From contig CAWDFP010000001.1 of assembly GCA_963801605.1 (NCBI GenBank), positions 1 through 24,426 on the forward strand: DNA of 24,426 nt, written 5' to 3'. Shown piece by piece: positions 10,380-22,432 of this stretch. The notes under the pieces were generated by a model. That model was given only the letters and a program-made list of their open reading frames with translations, searched no databases and was not told the origin of the DNA. Position 1 is the first letter of the stretch. Each line of letters opens with the position of its first letter. A program made the position numbers and the translations under genes. This DNA comes from an uncultured candidate division Zixibacteria bacterium (GTDB taxonomy: Bacteria > Zixibacteria > MSB-5A5 > UBA10806).

Positions 10380-12556
10380 ATTAATCCTCCAACGCGGAAT
10401 ATTTCAAGGCTAATTCTATATTCACGGGGCCTTTCCGGCTGGCGATCCAGGATTTCATATTTTTTATCGCCGAGATTTAATATTGAAAGGCCGGTTCTAA
10501 TTGTAATTGATTTAATATCAAAATGGTAACCAAGATGAAGATCTGATAGATCAACCGGGGGCAGCGATTTAGTATTCTCTTCGGTGGTGTATCGTCGCCC
10601 CAGGTGGCGGCCGGATAGTTTGAGATCGATATTCCAGTTATCGAATTCAGCCCCGCCATTCTGCGTTCCTATTGGCCGGAAAGTGAGGTATTTATTATGA
10701 TGAACAGGGCTCTCTTCTTTGTTCAAGGGACGGTTCAGGCTCGCATTCCCAAAAAGCGAAATAGGTCCGGCCAGGGGCCTATAGGAGAACGACATTTCCC
10801 AACCGTCAATTTCAGCTTTCGAGAGATTGACCGGCGTATATTTATCCCCCGCCCATTTGCGCCAGATGATAATATCGCTGTAGATGTTGTCATAGCGCGA
10901 TACTTTCATATCGCAGGGGCCGAATCGATTTGAGTGGTAATTTAATCCGATTTCATAACCCTGTGATCTCTCGGGGCGAAGCTCCGGATTGGGTGTGGCA
11001 AATACATCCTCTTTCCAAAATAGATCGGTAAGATCGGGAAGCCGTCTGGTGCGGTAATATGAAAAGGTAATACCGAAATTGGCAGTGGCGACCCTTATCC
11101 GCCCGATGGTCCCCAGAAAATACCCCCACTGCCGCTCTCTCTTTTAAGTCCGAGATTAAGGGTAGTAATTTTTATGAATGATGCAAATCCGGGAATCGGA
11201 ACTACTGTTCCCACCCCAACGGCATTTATCGATCTGGAATGTCGTCCAAAACTGGATGTTGGCCTGATATAATCATTGCCATCAAGCGTCTCATACCGCC
11301 GGGAAATATAAGCATCGATTAAATTACCATCGGTTAAGCCAAGCTTGATATCGCGTCCGCCCTCCTTAAATCTGGTTTTGTACGCGACAAAGTTAGTGGG
11401 CGTCTGTGGCGAATCATAGCTGATGTCTCGATCTGAAATTCCTCCGATGGCACTCAAAGCCCAACTCGCTCCAAGACTTTTTTCGAATATCGAATACAGC
11501 TCCCGTTCAATACCATCCGATTTGGCCAAGGGAGTAAGCTGGAATATCGGTCCGGGGATACCAGCTGATCGCTTAAAATATTTGCCTTTTAGCTCAAACC
11601 TGGCAGTTGTCAGCGGCAGGCTTACCCCACCGAACAGGCTGAGATCGTGCGAGGAGTTATTTAGTCGGGCCTGAAGCGAATCGCGAGGATCGCAGGAATT
11701 GGAAAGCACCCTTGACATAGCTTTCCTTAAGACCAAGGTTCATTTTCACTGGATAATTTTGCGTTAAATTAACCGAGTAGGTTTCAAGCCCAAAACTTCC
11801 ACGCTCGGCCGCTGAACTCAAGCGTTCATCCTGTGCTTGGGAGGTTGTCAAAAAGTTAACGCATCCTGCCAGGCCGCTTGATTTGTAATCCCCTCCTTTT
11901 GTAATCTCAATTTTGGAAACATCATCCATCGGAATAGTTGAGATATCTCCCTGGGATGATAGAGTGGAATTCTGAATTCGACCATCAAGCATGATAGCTA
12001 CAGCGTTGGTCTGCGAGCCGCGCAAACGAAGCAATTTTTGTGTGCCCGATTGAAGTAGTTCCAGTTCCGGCAGGCGCTCGATTAAGCGTTCGATTGAACC
12101 TAATTTCCCGGAGGGAGATTGACAATTGTCGTATTGCCGTTGGAAATAATGTTAAGTTCGCGCGATTTATTTGAGATGATTTCCTGATCTGGAAATGCTA
12201 TCGGATTTGAAACGAGCGGAATGAGAATGCGGGTGGGATTGGATTGTTGGATCTCTATCTCATATGATATGGACTGCGCATATCCAATTCTTTTAGCGCC
12301 AATATGATACTGACCAACGGGGATATCGGTAAAATTAAAAGCACCAATTTCATCGGAGAATACATACTTGCCCGATTCCAGTAGATAAACTTGCGCGCCG
12401 GGCACAGGGCTGCCCGGTGGCTCGGTCCAAAACCTGGCCATAAAGTTTTATCTCCGACTGCGCTTCCGGTTTGGAGACGGCTATCAGGGAAATAATTATA
12501 ATGCTGGCAATAAAAAACCGGCTTCGAGACGCCGGCACGGGCTGACTATTTCCCAT
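10376..12556 (-). CDS. btuB: TonB-dependent receptor, BtuB-like, with N-terminal carboxypeptidase-regulatory-like domain (frameshifted)
   Basis: LYGQVLDRATGQPVPGAQV; plug region LRGSQTNAVAIMLDG..DISTIPMDDVSKIEITKG; RLPDLTDLFW..NPELRPERS; C-terminal ILNLGDKKYE..PREYRISLEIF. Lies downstream of a B12 riboswitch. The start is uncertain. Confidence 0.85.
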
Positions 12557-12579
12557 CCTCTGACCTCGAAGGTTGAGAA

Positions 12580-12735
12580 TTTGCGATGGTATCCTGACTT
12601 TCGCACCGCGCTTTCGGTGGCCGCGCCTTCCGCCCATTCGGGTGTGGCTTTGTGCGGCTCTTATGCGATCACAGTAGCGGGACTGTGGCGGAGTTTCACC
12701 GCCTTCCCATCGAGGCCTTGCGGCCTATTTTATCT
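12580..12735 (-). ncRNA. Cobalamin (B12) riboswitch
   Basis: Minus strand GGGAAggcGGTGAAACTCCgccACAGtCCCGCtACTGTga ... GCCAC..GGAAGgc ... AAGTCAGGATACC (B12 box), directly upstream of a TonB receptor. Confidence 0.92.
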
Positions 12736-12741
12736 GAGCGC

Positions 12742-12771
12742 AATTTAGTGAGAAATATAAGAGGCTGTCAA
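12742..12771 (-). promoter_or_regulatory. Putative sigma70 promoter for the riboswitch/btuB transcript
   Basis: TTGACA-18 nt-TAAATT, placed just 5' of the riboswitch. Confidence 0.6.
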
Positions 12772-12796
12772 GGGAAATGCGGAAGAGCATTTCAAT

Positions 12797-12820
12797 GCGT
12801 CGGGAAAGGATTCCCGACGC
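12797..12820. repeat. Perfect 10-bp palindrome (CGTC-type REP-like)
   Basis: GCGTCGGGAA-AGGA-TTCCCGACGC, intergenic, with no U-tract. Confidence 0.4.
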
Positions 12821-12842
12821 CGCGGGGAAAATTAAGACAAAT

Positions 12843-12876
12843 AAAAAAGCCGCCCGGCTCATTTAAGCCAAGCGGC
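12843..12876 (-). terminator. Intrinsic terminator after the M6 protease
   Basis: Minus strand GCCGCTTGGCT-TAAATG-AGCCGGGCGGC-TTTTTT. Confidence 0.8.
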
Positions 12877-12949
12877 ATAAGGATATCTCCTGTTGCCTCA
12901 GGAAGTCATCCGGATTTCTTCGGGACATTTTGAGGCATAAGAAATTCGC

Positions 12950-15579
12950 CTATTTCTCCAAGGTCATACGCTTGATCTGAGAGGCACCTTCTGTGGAGAG
13001 CTTGTAAAAATAAATACCCGATGGAAACTCGGCTGCCATCCCAGGTTACCGCATGACTACCGGCGCTTAAGGCTCCGTTAAGAGGGGTATACTGTCAGGC
13101 GGCCGAGAATATCGTAAATTTCAAGCCTTACCTGCCCTGCCGAGGGAAGCTCAAAGGCGATTTGAGTTGTTGGGTTAAATGGATTGGGGTAGTTTTGCGC
13201 CAGAGTGAATTTCCCGGGGAGAGGTGAAGGCGTATCAATAGCCGAAACCGGCTGATGCAAAAACGCGAGAGCCGCTGTCATAAAGTCGTTTAGATTATTG
13301 TATAAGTCGGGATACCTATCCGTTAGCGCCTCGATACCAAAGCCCACGGTCATGGCCGGGTAGTTTGCCACGGCTGTTATGGCGGCGGTTTCGCCGGTGC
13401 GGTAGGTCAATATTACCTCTCCGCCCGGAAGAGCGGTAAAGCTCATCCTGGGAGGATTGGTTAGAACCCCCGTCAAGCCCGGTTGAGAGAAATTTCAGGC
13501 TATCGAACAGTGTGCCGCCGAGCCCCAGTTCGTGGTGCTCGTTTGGAGCGAGCTATATCCGACTTTGAGGTACTGGTGCAGGAGAATTGTATCGTGAATA
13601 GAGCTTCGCTCGGAAAGCAGCTGCACAAAATCCTGGCTGGTTATTAGCAGCCGTCCGCCATTGCCGAGAAATCCAATCAAGCCGGCGACATCAGTTTCGG
13701 ACATGGGAGTTGGACGAGTGTCACCGGTAAACCAAACGGCGTAATCGTAGTTTGCGAGTGCCGTTGCCGGCGAGCCCTGGGTTGAAACATCCCAGCGCTC
13801 GAAAGATTGCCCCACATCGGAAAGGGACTTGGCATAAAATGTATCGATATCAAGGCCGGTGTCGTCATCTACGAGAAGAAGCCGAGGAATACCAAGCATC
13901 TTCCGAAATACAAATTGCTCATGATATAATCCGCCGCGGGCCGTAAATGTTAATGTAAAATCGGCGAATTTGCTTTCGAACTCAGGGGGTATTGTAAATG
14001 TTATCAGATCGGATCGATTCGTTAAAGAATTGATTTATCGGCATCGATCCCAAGTTGAATACCGAATCGGTAAAAATGACGCCTGCGAATCGTTGCAGGA
14101 TGCGGTTACTACCAGATCGTTACCCCCGCCCTGATATTCTGAGCGGAAAATATTAACTGGCAGGTTTCGCCCGGCTCGGGACGGCCGTTGGCGTTACCGG
14201 AGGAATCATTAAATATCATGTATGCTACTTCGTATAACGGATCGACATACATTACGCCAATATCCGCATACATAATGGAATCGGAGTCGCTGATATTGGC
14301 AACTGCAATTTCGGACGCGCTACCATTATATAAGTGAGCATTTGGAAGAGAAAAATCATCAAAACAAGTATGATTGGTAGCACCGGGCCAGGGGTCGCCT
14401 GCGTTACCGGCGCGATTATTTTCCAAATCAAACATACCGTCTGCCTGCTCCACCGCTACTTTGTAGTGAGTTTGATCGTCATTGTTGGGGGCCGTTTCAT
14501 CGATATGATAGATCAATAGGCCGCTGGCCGGAATACTCCGATCAAAAAGCACCTGGTGCCTATTTTCAACCAGGAAATATTGCGGCCCGATGACACCAAA
14601 TGGATATAACTGATAAATATCCTGGTTGTACTCCACGGCATCGATCTGTTCATGATCCAGGTTCAGGAACGGGACACTGGGCTGCAACCCAACCCAACTT
14701 ATACTTGCACCAAGCGTCAAAATGAACCGGAATCGCCCCGCCGCCGCCCCAGGAACCTCCCGCCATCAGTGACCAGGCACCGACACCCTCCGAATCGTAA
14801 TCATAATCATACAGATCGGGCAATCCCAGGACATGCCCGAATTCATGACAAAAAACTCCGATATTTATCATGCCACCGGATCCTGTTTCCTCCGGCTCCA
14901 TAGAATAGCCGCGAACATGTACGTCATCAACATCCATTGTATAAGTGGTTTGCCAGGCATGCGAATGGATATAATTGAAATTCCCCGTGTCCTCATAACC
15001 CGGGCCGGCATGGACAATGAAGAGAGCATCCACCACACCATCGCCGTTGTTATCGTAAAGATCGAAATTAATATAAGGATCTGCAGCGATGACGGCATCT
15101 TCAGTCAGTTTCTGAGCATTATTGGGATAATTACCAAATCCACGCTGGCCATCAACATAATATGAATATGGATGCGGCATCCTGAGCCAGCTGGTCACCT
15201 GTCCGCTAAGAAAAGCCTGGCTATAAGATGTTTCCTTATAATAATCCGCCATGCTTCCGGGATGCCTCACACCCCTCGAAAAAAGAAGAGTGTCGAAATT
15301 TGGGGGTTCAGAATGATATCCTGATTCATGCGTCATATCGGAAAAATCAACTAAGATGATGAGGCAGTGCAGAGTATCAACATCGGTGGCTACTCCCAGA
15401 TGATAGGGGGTGGTACTGGGCTGCCAGACTCCGCGGGCTCTGGCGCTGCTATCTGCTAAAACCACCGACTTGAGCTGCCCGGATTGCTTGAGTTGATGAA
15501 CAATCTCAGGAGAGATGCTGACGCCGATGGCCAGTTGAGTTGTCAGTAATATTGCGGCGAGAACTACTCGAAATTTCAT
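12950..15579 (-). CDS. M6 (immune inhibitor A-like) metalloprotease with C-terminal T9SS-type-A-like domain (frameshifted)
   Basis: Signal peptide; [77 protein letters not shown]; tail [26 protein letters not shown]. Confidence 0.92.
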
Positions 15580-15630
15580 TTATTCCTCCGGGCGACGCTA
15601 AATTCGAAGATATAGACAAATGCAGCAATA

Positions 15631-15658
15631 ATATTATAAGATTTTTGAGCGAAGTCAA
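15631..15658 (-). promoter_or_regulatory. Putative sigma70 promoter of the M6 protease
   Basis: TTGACT-16 nt-TAATAT; GGAGG at 15585-15589. Confidence 0.4.
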
Positions 15659-15757
15659 GATGATCTTGAAATCATACTCAAACAGAGCGGTTTGAGGTAT
15701 TGATTATTTTCGTGGTTGGCGAGGAAATTGGAATCTTAATGCCCCGAAGAACTGGTT

Positions 15758-17852
15758 TTAGCCTCCAGGGAGCACCACCAGCCTGGCGGCATCGTTGGTC
15801 GGCATATCGCAGGAGTAATTGCGGCAAACATAAGCGGTCGCTTTCCCTCCGATACTCGTCTGTGCCTTGAAAAAGTCAGCGAAATGGACTATGTCAGGCG
15901 AATCGTGTCCGGATGGTTTGACGATTACTATTTTATTCGGAATATACCGGGATCTGATCGCGCTGAGCATCTGCCTGGTGTCATCCGCCGATGGACGTCC
16001 GACAATTACGATCTCAAACCCGGGCCCCAGACCGTAATCATGGGCGCACAGTCTCATCGTGAAAGCCTGTGGCGCCTGCCTTATCTGCCCGGACGAAAGA
16101 TTGATCGCCTTTTCCGCCTGCACCTCATAATCGATATTACCGGTGATCCGGCTCAGGCGGATGAGATTGAGTGCAGCTACAGAATTACCCGACGGCACCG
16201 CGCCATCAAGGAGTTCCTTCTGCCGGACCGGGAGCTTCTCCGCGTCATCGGCGGTAAAGAAAAAACCGCCTTCTTGTCCCAGAAATGATCGAGCATGTCG
16301 CCGTTGAGCTCGAGCGCATCGCGCAGATACCTGATATCGAAAGTGGCTTCGTAAAGGTTCAGCAGCCCCCAGATTAGAAACGAGTAATCATCGATCGTCG
16401 CCTGCATCGCAGCCTCATTGTCCCGGAACCGGTGTATCGTCGCCCGTCGGGACTCCGCATTTTCCCCATGATAAAGTGGTGGCAATCGCGCGGCCTCTCT
16501 ATATAAATCGGCTCATCAAAAACCTGGCCGCCCAGCGCCAACGCCGCGATCATCAGTCCGTTCCAGTCTGCCAGAACCTTATCATCTTTATGCGGATGAA
16601 TTCTCGGTTGGAGTTTCAAAAAGCTTAAGCCTGATCCTCTCCAATTCCTCAGCGAATTCAATAATTGGAATTTGAAGCTCGGCGGCGATCTCTGTGAGCG
16701 GCTCGAGATGCGAATATTTTGCCCTTTGCTCGATCGACCGCGGGATCCTCGAGTTTCCCGCTTCTGAATATTGAATATTTTGATGGCAAGCGCGGCGTCT
16801 TTCGCCCAGCGCCTCGCGGATTTCATCAACGCTCCAGGTGTAGAATTTGCCTTCCTTCCCTTCGCTGTCGGCGTCCTCGGCAGAGTGGAAACCCCCTGCC
16901 GGGTCGGTCAGGTCGCGCATTACGTAGGCCAAAAATTTCCGAGGCCACCTTCTTGTATTCGACATTACCTGTTGCCTGGTAAGCCTCGATATAGGCCAAC
17001 GCCATCAACGCCTGGTCGTAAAGCATCTTTTCAAAATGCGGCGTCAGCCATTGGATATCGGTTGAGTAACGGTGGAATCCAAACCCGAAATGGTCATAGA
17101 TGCCACCCAGCCGCATGGCGCCTGAGTGCCGTTCGACCATCTCCAGGCTAGTTTCGCTTGATCTTTTCCAGTATCGAAGAAGAAAATAGAAATTGTGCGG
17201 TGTCGGAAATTTGGGGGCATTACCGAATCCGCCGAATCTCTGGTCATAGCTATTTTCGAACTGCTCATAAGCCGATTTTAATATCGGCTCTCCAAGCTCG
17301 CTGTCGGACGCTGCCGATGACGACGCGGCTGTAGCGCCTTTGTTATCTGGTCCGCCGTGTGGACAATATCCTGCGACGGGCCGCCCAGATTTCCTTGATT
17401 CGGGGCCAGTTCGGAAAGTCCGACCATTCCGTGACGGCTGTCCCGTGGAATATAAGTCGCGACATAGAATGGCTTTTTGTCGGGAGTCATGATGACTCAA
17501 AGCGGCCAGCCGCCGCTTCCGGTGACCATCTGGCAGACAGTCATATAGATATTATCTATATCGGGCCGTTCTTCCCGATCGACCTTGATAGAAACAAAAG
17601 CGTCGTTCATTAGATTCGCAATGGCTGGTCCTGAAAGGATTCATTTTCCATGACATGGCACCAGTGACAGGTGGAATATCCGATCGATAAAAACACGGGC
17701 TTGTCTTCCTTGCGGGCTTTCTCGAAAGCCTCGTCTCCCCACGGATACCAGTCGACCGGATTGGCGGCATGCTGCAATAGATACGGGCTTTTTTCATTTA
17801 TCAGTCGATTGTACTGCGATTTTTCTGCACTGGTTTTGGTTTTACTTGTCAT
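15758..17852 (-). CDS. yyaL: YyaL/SPATA20-like thioredoxin-domain (DUF255) protein with six-hairpin domain (frameshifted)
   Basis: [104 protein letters not shown]. Confidence 0.93.
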
Positions 17853-18151
17853 AAGATAGACCGATTCTTTCAGGTCATTTTGTGATTAATACCTTACCGA
17901 GAAGCCACCAGACAAGGAAAAGAAATCGTGAAACCGAATCTTAACAATGACTGCTTTAAATCTCGTTTGACATACTTATGATGAAACCAATCACTGATAG
18001 CCAAAGGTTCCATAAGGACCTGTAAGGCCATTTTACGAATAGGATTACGAACTTTGTTGAATTTGCCCAAAGTGTAGAATATGCCCCAATATCTGAGTCC
18101 CCATCCGTTCTGAGGCTCGAAACGACGGATGCACTACTTCGAGATTTTCGG

Positions 18152-20132
18152 ATGGATGTAGAAAAACCAAGCTTTTTTCAAAATTAAAGCGTCGTCTCGT
18201 CGGGGCACCAAGGGATATACAAGACCCGTCGATTTTTCATAAGATTTCGCTGATTCCGCTTTTAGCCTGGATTGGCCTGGGAGCCGATGGTTTGTCATCA
18301 TCCTCTTACGGTCCTGAAGAAGCATTTAGAGGCTCGGTTGCATCATACCTATTTGGCCATATTTCTGGCACTCGCGACCGGGTTCACGGTCTTTGTCATC
18401 TCGTATGCTTACTCCCGGATCATTGAGCATTTTCCTCATGGCGGAGGCGGTTATATCGTAGCCACGCACATGATCGGAGAGAAGGCCGGCGTTATTTCGG
18501 GGAGCGCTCTTTTGGTCGACTACGTGTTGACTATCACGGTTTCGATGGCCGCCTGCTCGGATGCCATTTTTAGTTTTTTACCTCATGGATTCCGGATACA
18601 GGCTGCCTTTCGCAATGCTGCTGGTGATCGGGTTGATCTTACTAAATATCCGGGGCGTCAAGGAATCGATCACGGTTTTGGCGCCGATATTTGCCGTGTT
18701 TATCTTAAGCCATATCATCCTATTGGGGTCGGGAATCCTATCACATGCTTTCCGGATCGGACCCGTAATAAACGAGGTGCATACCGACCTCAGTACCGAC
18801 CTTTCCAGCCTGGGAATGCTGGGAGTGCTGATCATATTTCTCCACGCTTACACGCTTGGAGGCGGGACTTATACCGGAATCGAGGCGGTTTCCAACGGGA
18901 TGCAAATCATGCGCGAGCCAAAAGTACGTACCGGCAAACGTACCATGATATATATGGCCACCTCGCTGGCGGTTACGGCCGCTGGTATTTTTCTCTGCTA
19001 TCTGCTCTGGGATGTTCACCCGGTTGAGGGCAAAACTCTGAATGCCGTCCTGGCGGAATCTGTTTTTTCTAACTGGAAGCTCGGTTCGGCGTTGGCGTTT
19101 ATTACAATTCTGTCGGAGGGTGCCCTGTTAATGGTCGGCGCTCAAACGGGATTTATCGATGGCCCTCGCGTTATGTCGAATATGGCTGTCGACTATTGGT
19201 TACCGCGCCGTTTCGCAACGCTATCAGATCGCCTGACCATGCAAAACGGCGTGCTACTTATGGGAATTGCGGCGCTGGCGTTGCTTTTGTTAACGCACGG
19301 CTCAGTGTCTGCTTTGGTGGTAATGTATTCAATTAACGTATTTGTAACATTTTCCCTCTCCCAGTTTGGGATGTCCCGCTTTTATTTTACCAACCGTCAT
19401 GTTGATCGCAGATGGAAACGCCATATCATGATCCATATTATAGGACTGGCCTTATGTCTTCTGATACTCATCGCTATGATCATCATTAAATTCAAAGAGG
19501 GCGGCTGGATCACCATTCTAATCACTTCGGTGGTAATCGGGTTTTGTATAATTATTAAGCGGCATTACCAGAGCGTCAGAAAAGAGCTGCAAGGGCTTGA
19601 TGAAGCGCTCCTGAATATCCCAGGCGCAAGCCATTATAATGATAAGGTAGCCGAACCGGGAGAAATGACAGCCATTCAGCTTGTTAGCGGCTATAACGGT
19701 TTTGGGGTGCATACATTTTTATCTATCGTTAAGAATTTCCCCGGCACCTATAAAAATTTCATTTTCGTTTCTGTCGCGGTGGTGGATTCTGGTACATTCA
19801 AAGGCAGCATGGAGATCGAGAATTTAAAAAAATCTGTCAGGGAATCACTTGAAAAATATGTCGATCTGGCGCGTCGTTTTGGATTTGCCGCCGATTACCG
19901 CATGAATGTTGGCACTGACGTGGTGGAAAGCGCAGTGGAGTTGGTGGATGTTACCGCCAAAGAATTTCCGCGGTCGGTAGTATTTTTGGGTCAGCTAACC
20001 TTTAGCCTGGAAAAATTCTACCATAGATTCCTGCATAACGAAACAGCCTTTGCTATCCAGCGCCGCCTGCATTGGGCGGGCAAAACATCGGTTATCCTGC
20101 CGATCAGGGTGGGCATAAGACGGGCGTTATAG
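18152..20132 (+). CDS. APC-family permease, KimA/YdaO-like (probable K+ transporter; frameshifted)
   Basis: GLGADGLSSSSYGPEEAF, FPHGGGGYIVA, ALLVDYVLTITVS, LNIRGVKES, TGIEAVSNG, YSINVFVTFSLSQ; many TM segments and a soluble C-terminal domain. Confidence 0.88.
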
Positions 20133-20183
20133 AACACTATTTAATCCTGATTACTACTGACGAGATACCCTATTTCGAAAATC

Positions 20184-22175
20184 CTACTTTACCAGCAGCA
20201 TTTTTATAACCGCGGAATTGATCTTTTCAAGCCTGGCAAAATAAATTCCGGTGGAAACAGAATTTCCATTAAAATCGCTTCCATCCCACACCAGACTCTC
20301 TTGCGTGACCGGAAGTTTTTTTATCAGCCTGCCGGTAAGATCGAAAATTGACACAACGCTGCCATCATTGGTAATACCACTAATTTTTATCATGGTTGAG
20401 CTATTAAATGGATTAGGATAATTACCTGAAATCGTCGGTGATTCAGGACGATTCGGACGCTCCGTAACCGGGGTTGCCAATCCGAGACTGCTATATTAAT
20501 ATGCCGCTGTCCTGTCCAGCCATCAGCCGAGATGTTCAATTCGAATTCTAAATCGTCCCCCGGATTTAGATCGCTGGGCAATAGGATACTCCAGTTGTGA
20601 ATCGCGGATGTATCACCGTGCGCCAGTTGACCGAAAGTAAAATCTCCGGAAAGGATTTCGACCCCGGGTTCAGTGCAAACAAGATTGGCCGAGGCGCCAA
20701 AAGCATCAGCCCCCAGGTTTTCAAGCGTAATGTTAAGATCAAATGTTTCTCCAGGTATGGCCAGGCCATCGCCTGAAATGCTGGAAGAAGCAATCTCAAT
20801 AAACGGGTTTGGCGGTGTCGGCATAAAATATATCGCCCTTTTTATATCAATCATTCCCCAGCCATAATCGTTATCCTCGCCGGGCTGCCCTAAGTCGAGC
20901 GCGGAGTTCATAAGAGCCAGCTTAATCTCTGAGGGGGTTGCCTGAGGATTGAATTGGCGCAGTATCGCCACCGCCCCTGCCACATGCGGGGTGGCCATCG
21001 AAGTCCCTGACATAATTGTATATCCACCTGTGCGGCTGGTGGAGCGGATTCCAACGCCCGGCGCGGTTACCTCGGGTTTTATGGAGATATTATCGCATGC
21101 CGATGGCCCCCGGCTGGAGAAACTCGCGACCGGAAAATCTACGTTATGCCCGTCAACGGCCCCCACTGAAAACGAATTCAAGGTGGAGGCTATCCGATCG
21201 GCCGGAATTCGGATTGAACCGGCATTGGGGCCTTCATTCCCGGCCGCAAAAAGGCAAACCACGCCGGCGGCTTCGAGATCGTCAATGGCTTCCCAGAAAG
21301 TGGCTTCGCATGCCGGGTAATACCCCAAAGGAATTCCCCAGGAGTTATTGACGACATCCGGGACATCAGCGGTTGTGTTAGGGTCACCGTCAGGGTCCGC
21401 CGCCCATTCGAATGCGGATAAGATATCGGAAATTGTTTCATTGATCCCGCCTCCGCGATCGACCACCGCTGCGGCAATCCATTGTGCTCCCGGCGCAACT
21501 CCCACGGTATCGCTGCTATCCGAGCCTACCATCGTGCCCATGGTATGGGTGCCATGGCCGTTATTATCATTGGGATTAACGTTATTGCCGAAGGGATCAA
21601 ACCAGCAAGCGCCGGGATTACCACCATTATTACCGCGATATTTTGAGGATAGGGCAACATGAGCACCTTCAACGCCTGTATCAAAATTGCAAACCAAACT
21701 ACCGCTGCCATCCAATCCCATTGCCCAGGCCTGGGGGGCCTTGATTGCAATCAGGCTGCTATCAGGACCGGTAACCGACGTTACTTGTTCTCTCACCTCA
21801 ACAGGAGCTATCAATTCAATTGGCAGGTCCTCTACTGCAGATTCAACGTCGGGCTGTTCGGATAAGGAGTGCAACACCGCCGAATCGCCAGTAACCTTAA
21901 CAACATTGACGATCCAAAAGCTCTTGTAGCTTACAATTCCACTGGAAGCCTGAAGAACACTCATGAAATTCATACTTGGCTGAAATCGTTGACGCTGTCA
22001 TCAGGTTTTGGACCACGTTGGTATGGCCGAGGATTTTATTTCCGGCAAGATTTGAGCTTATCTGGGGGACTTCGTTTCTCAGCTTAAATAATATGGTTTT
22101 ATCTGACGCCAGGCATAGTGATGGGAAAATCGAGAGTATAGTGAGAATTGATATCAGATTTAGTTTGCTTTTCAA
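20184..22175 (-). CDS. S8 subtilisin-like serine protease (bacillopeptidase F-like) with C-terminal T9SS-type-A/FlgD-like domain (frameshifted)
   Basis: TTG start after AAGGAGG; signal peptide; catalytic triad motifs FDTGV, HGTHTMGT and GTSMATPHVAG; AAGNEG; tail GNYPNPFNSST..TGIYFARL..KMLLVK. Confidence 0.93.
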
Positions 22176-22372
22176 CGGCCCTCCTTGATTTGCAATGATA
22201 TAGGTCAAAAGCCGTGCCCGATACCAGGCTAATAACCAACGCCTATCAATCATTATAACCATATAATCATAAATCACTTACAGGAAGAGTCCGACAGCCA
22301 AATTGGAACCGATGTTTATTGATCGATCTTAGTGTGCAGGATTTTGCGGTAATACTGCTATGTTCGGTAAGT

Positions 22373-22407
22373 AAAAAAAAGCCCCCCGGCCGAGAAGGCC
22401 AGAGGGC
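22373..22407 (-). terminator. Intrinsic terminator
   Basis: Minus strand GCCCTCTGGCC-TTCTC-GGCCGGGGGGC-TTTTTTTT. Confidence 0.85.
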
Positions 22408-22432
22408 ATCTGATTTGATTTTATTTCAAATC

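Noticed and set aside
18090..18145. Hammerhead ribozyme or cyclic-dinucleotide riboswitch upstream of the permease
   Set aside because: CTGAGGC..GAAAC lacks the CUGANGA core and stem II. No ydaO or GEMM consensus blocks were seen.
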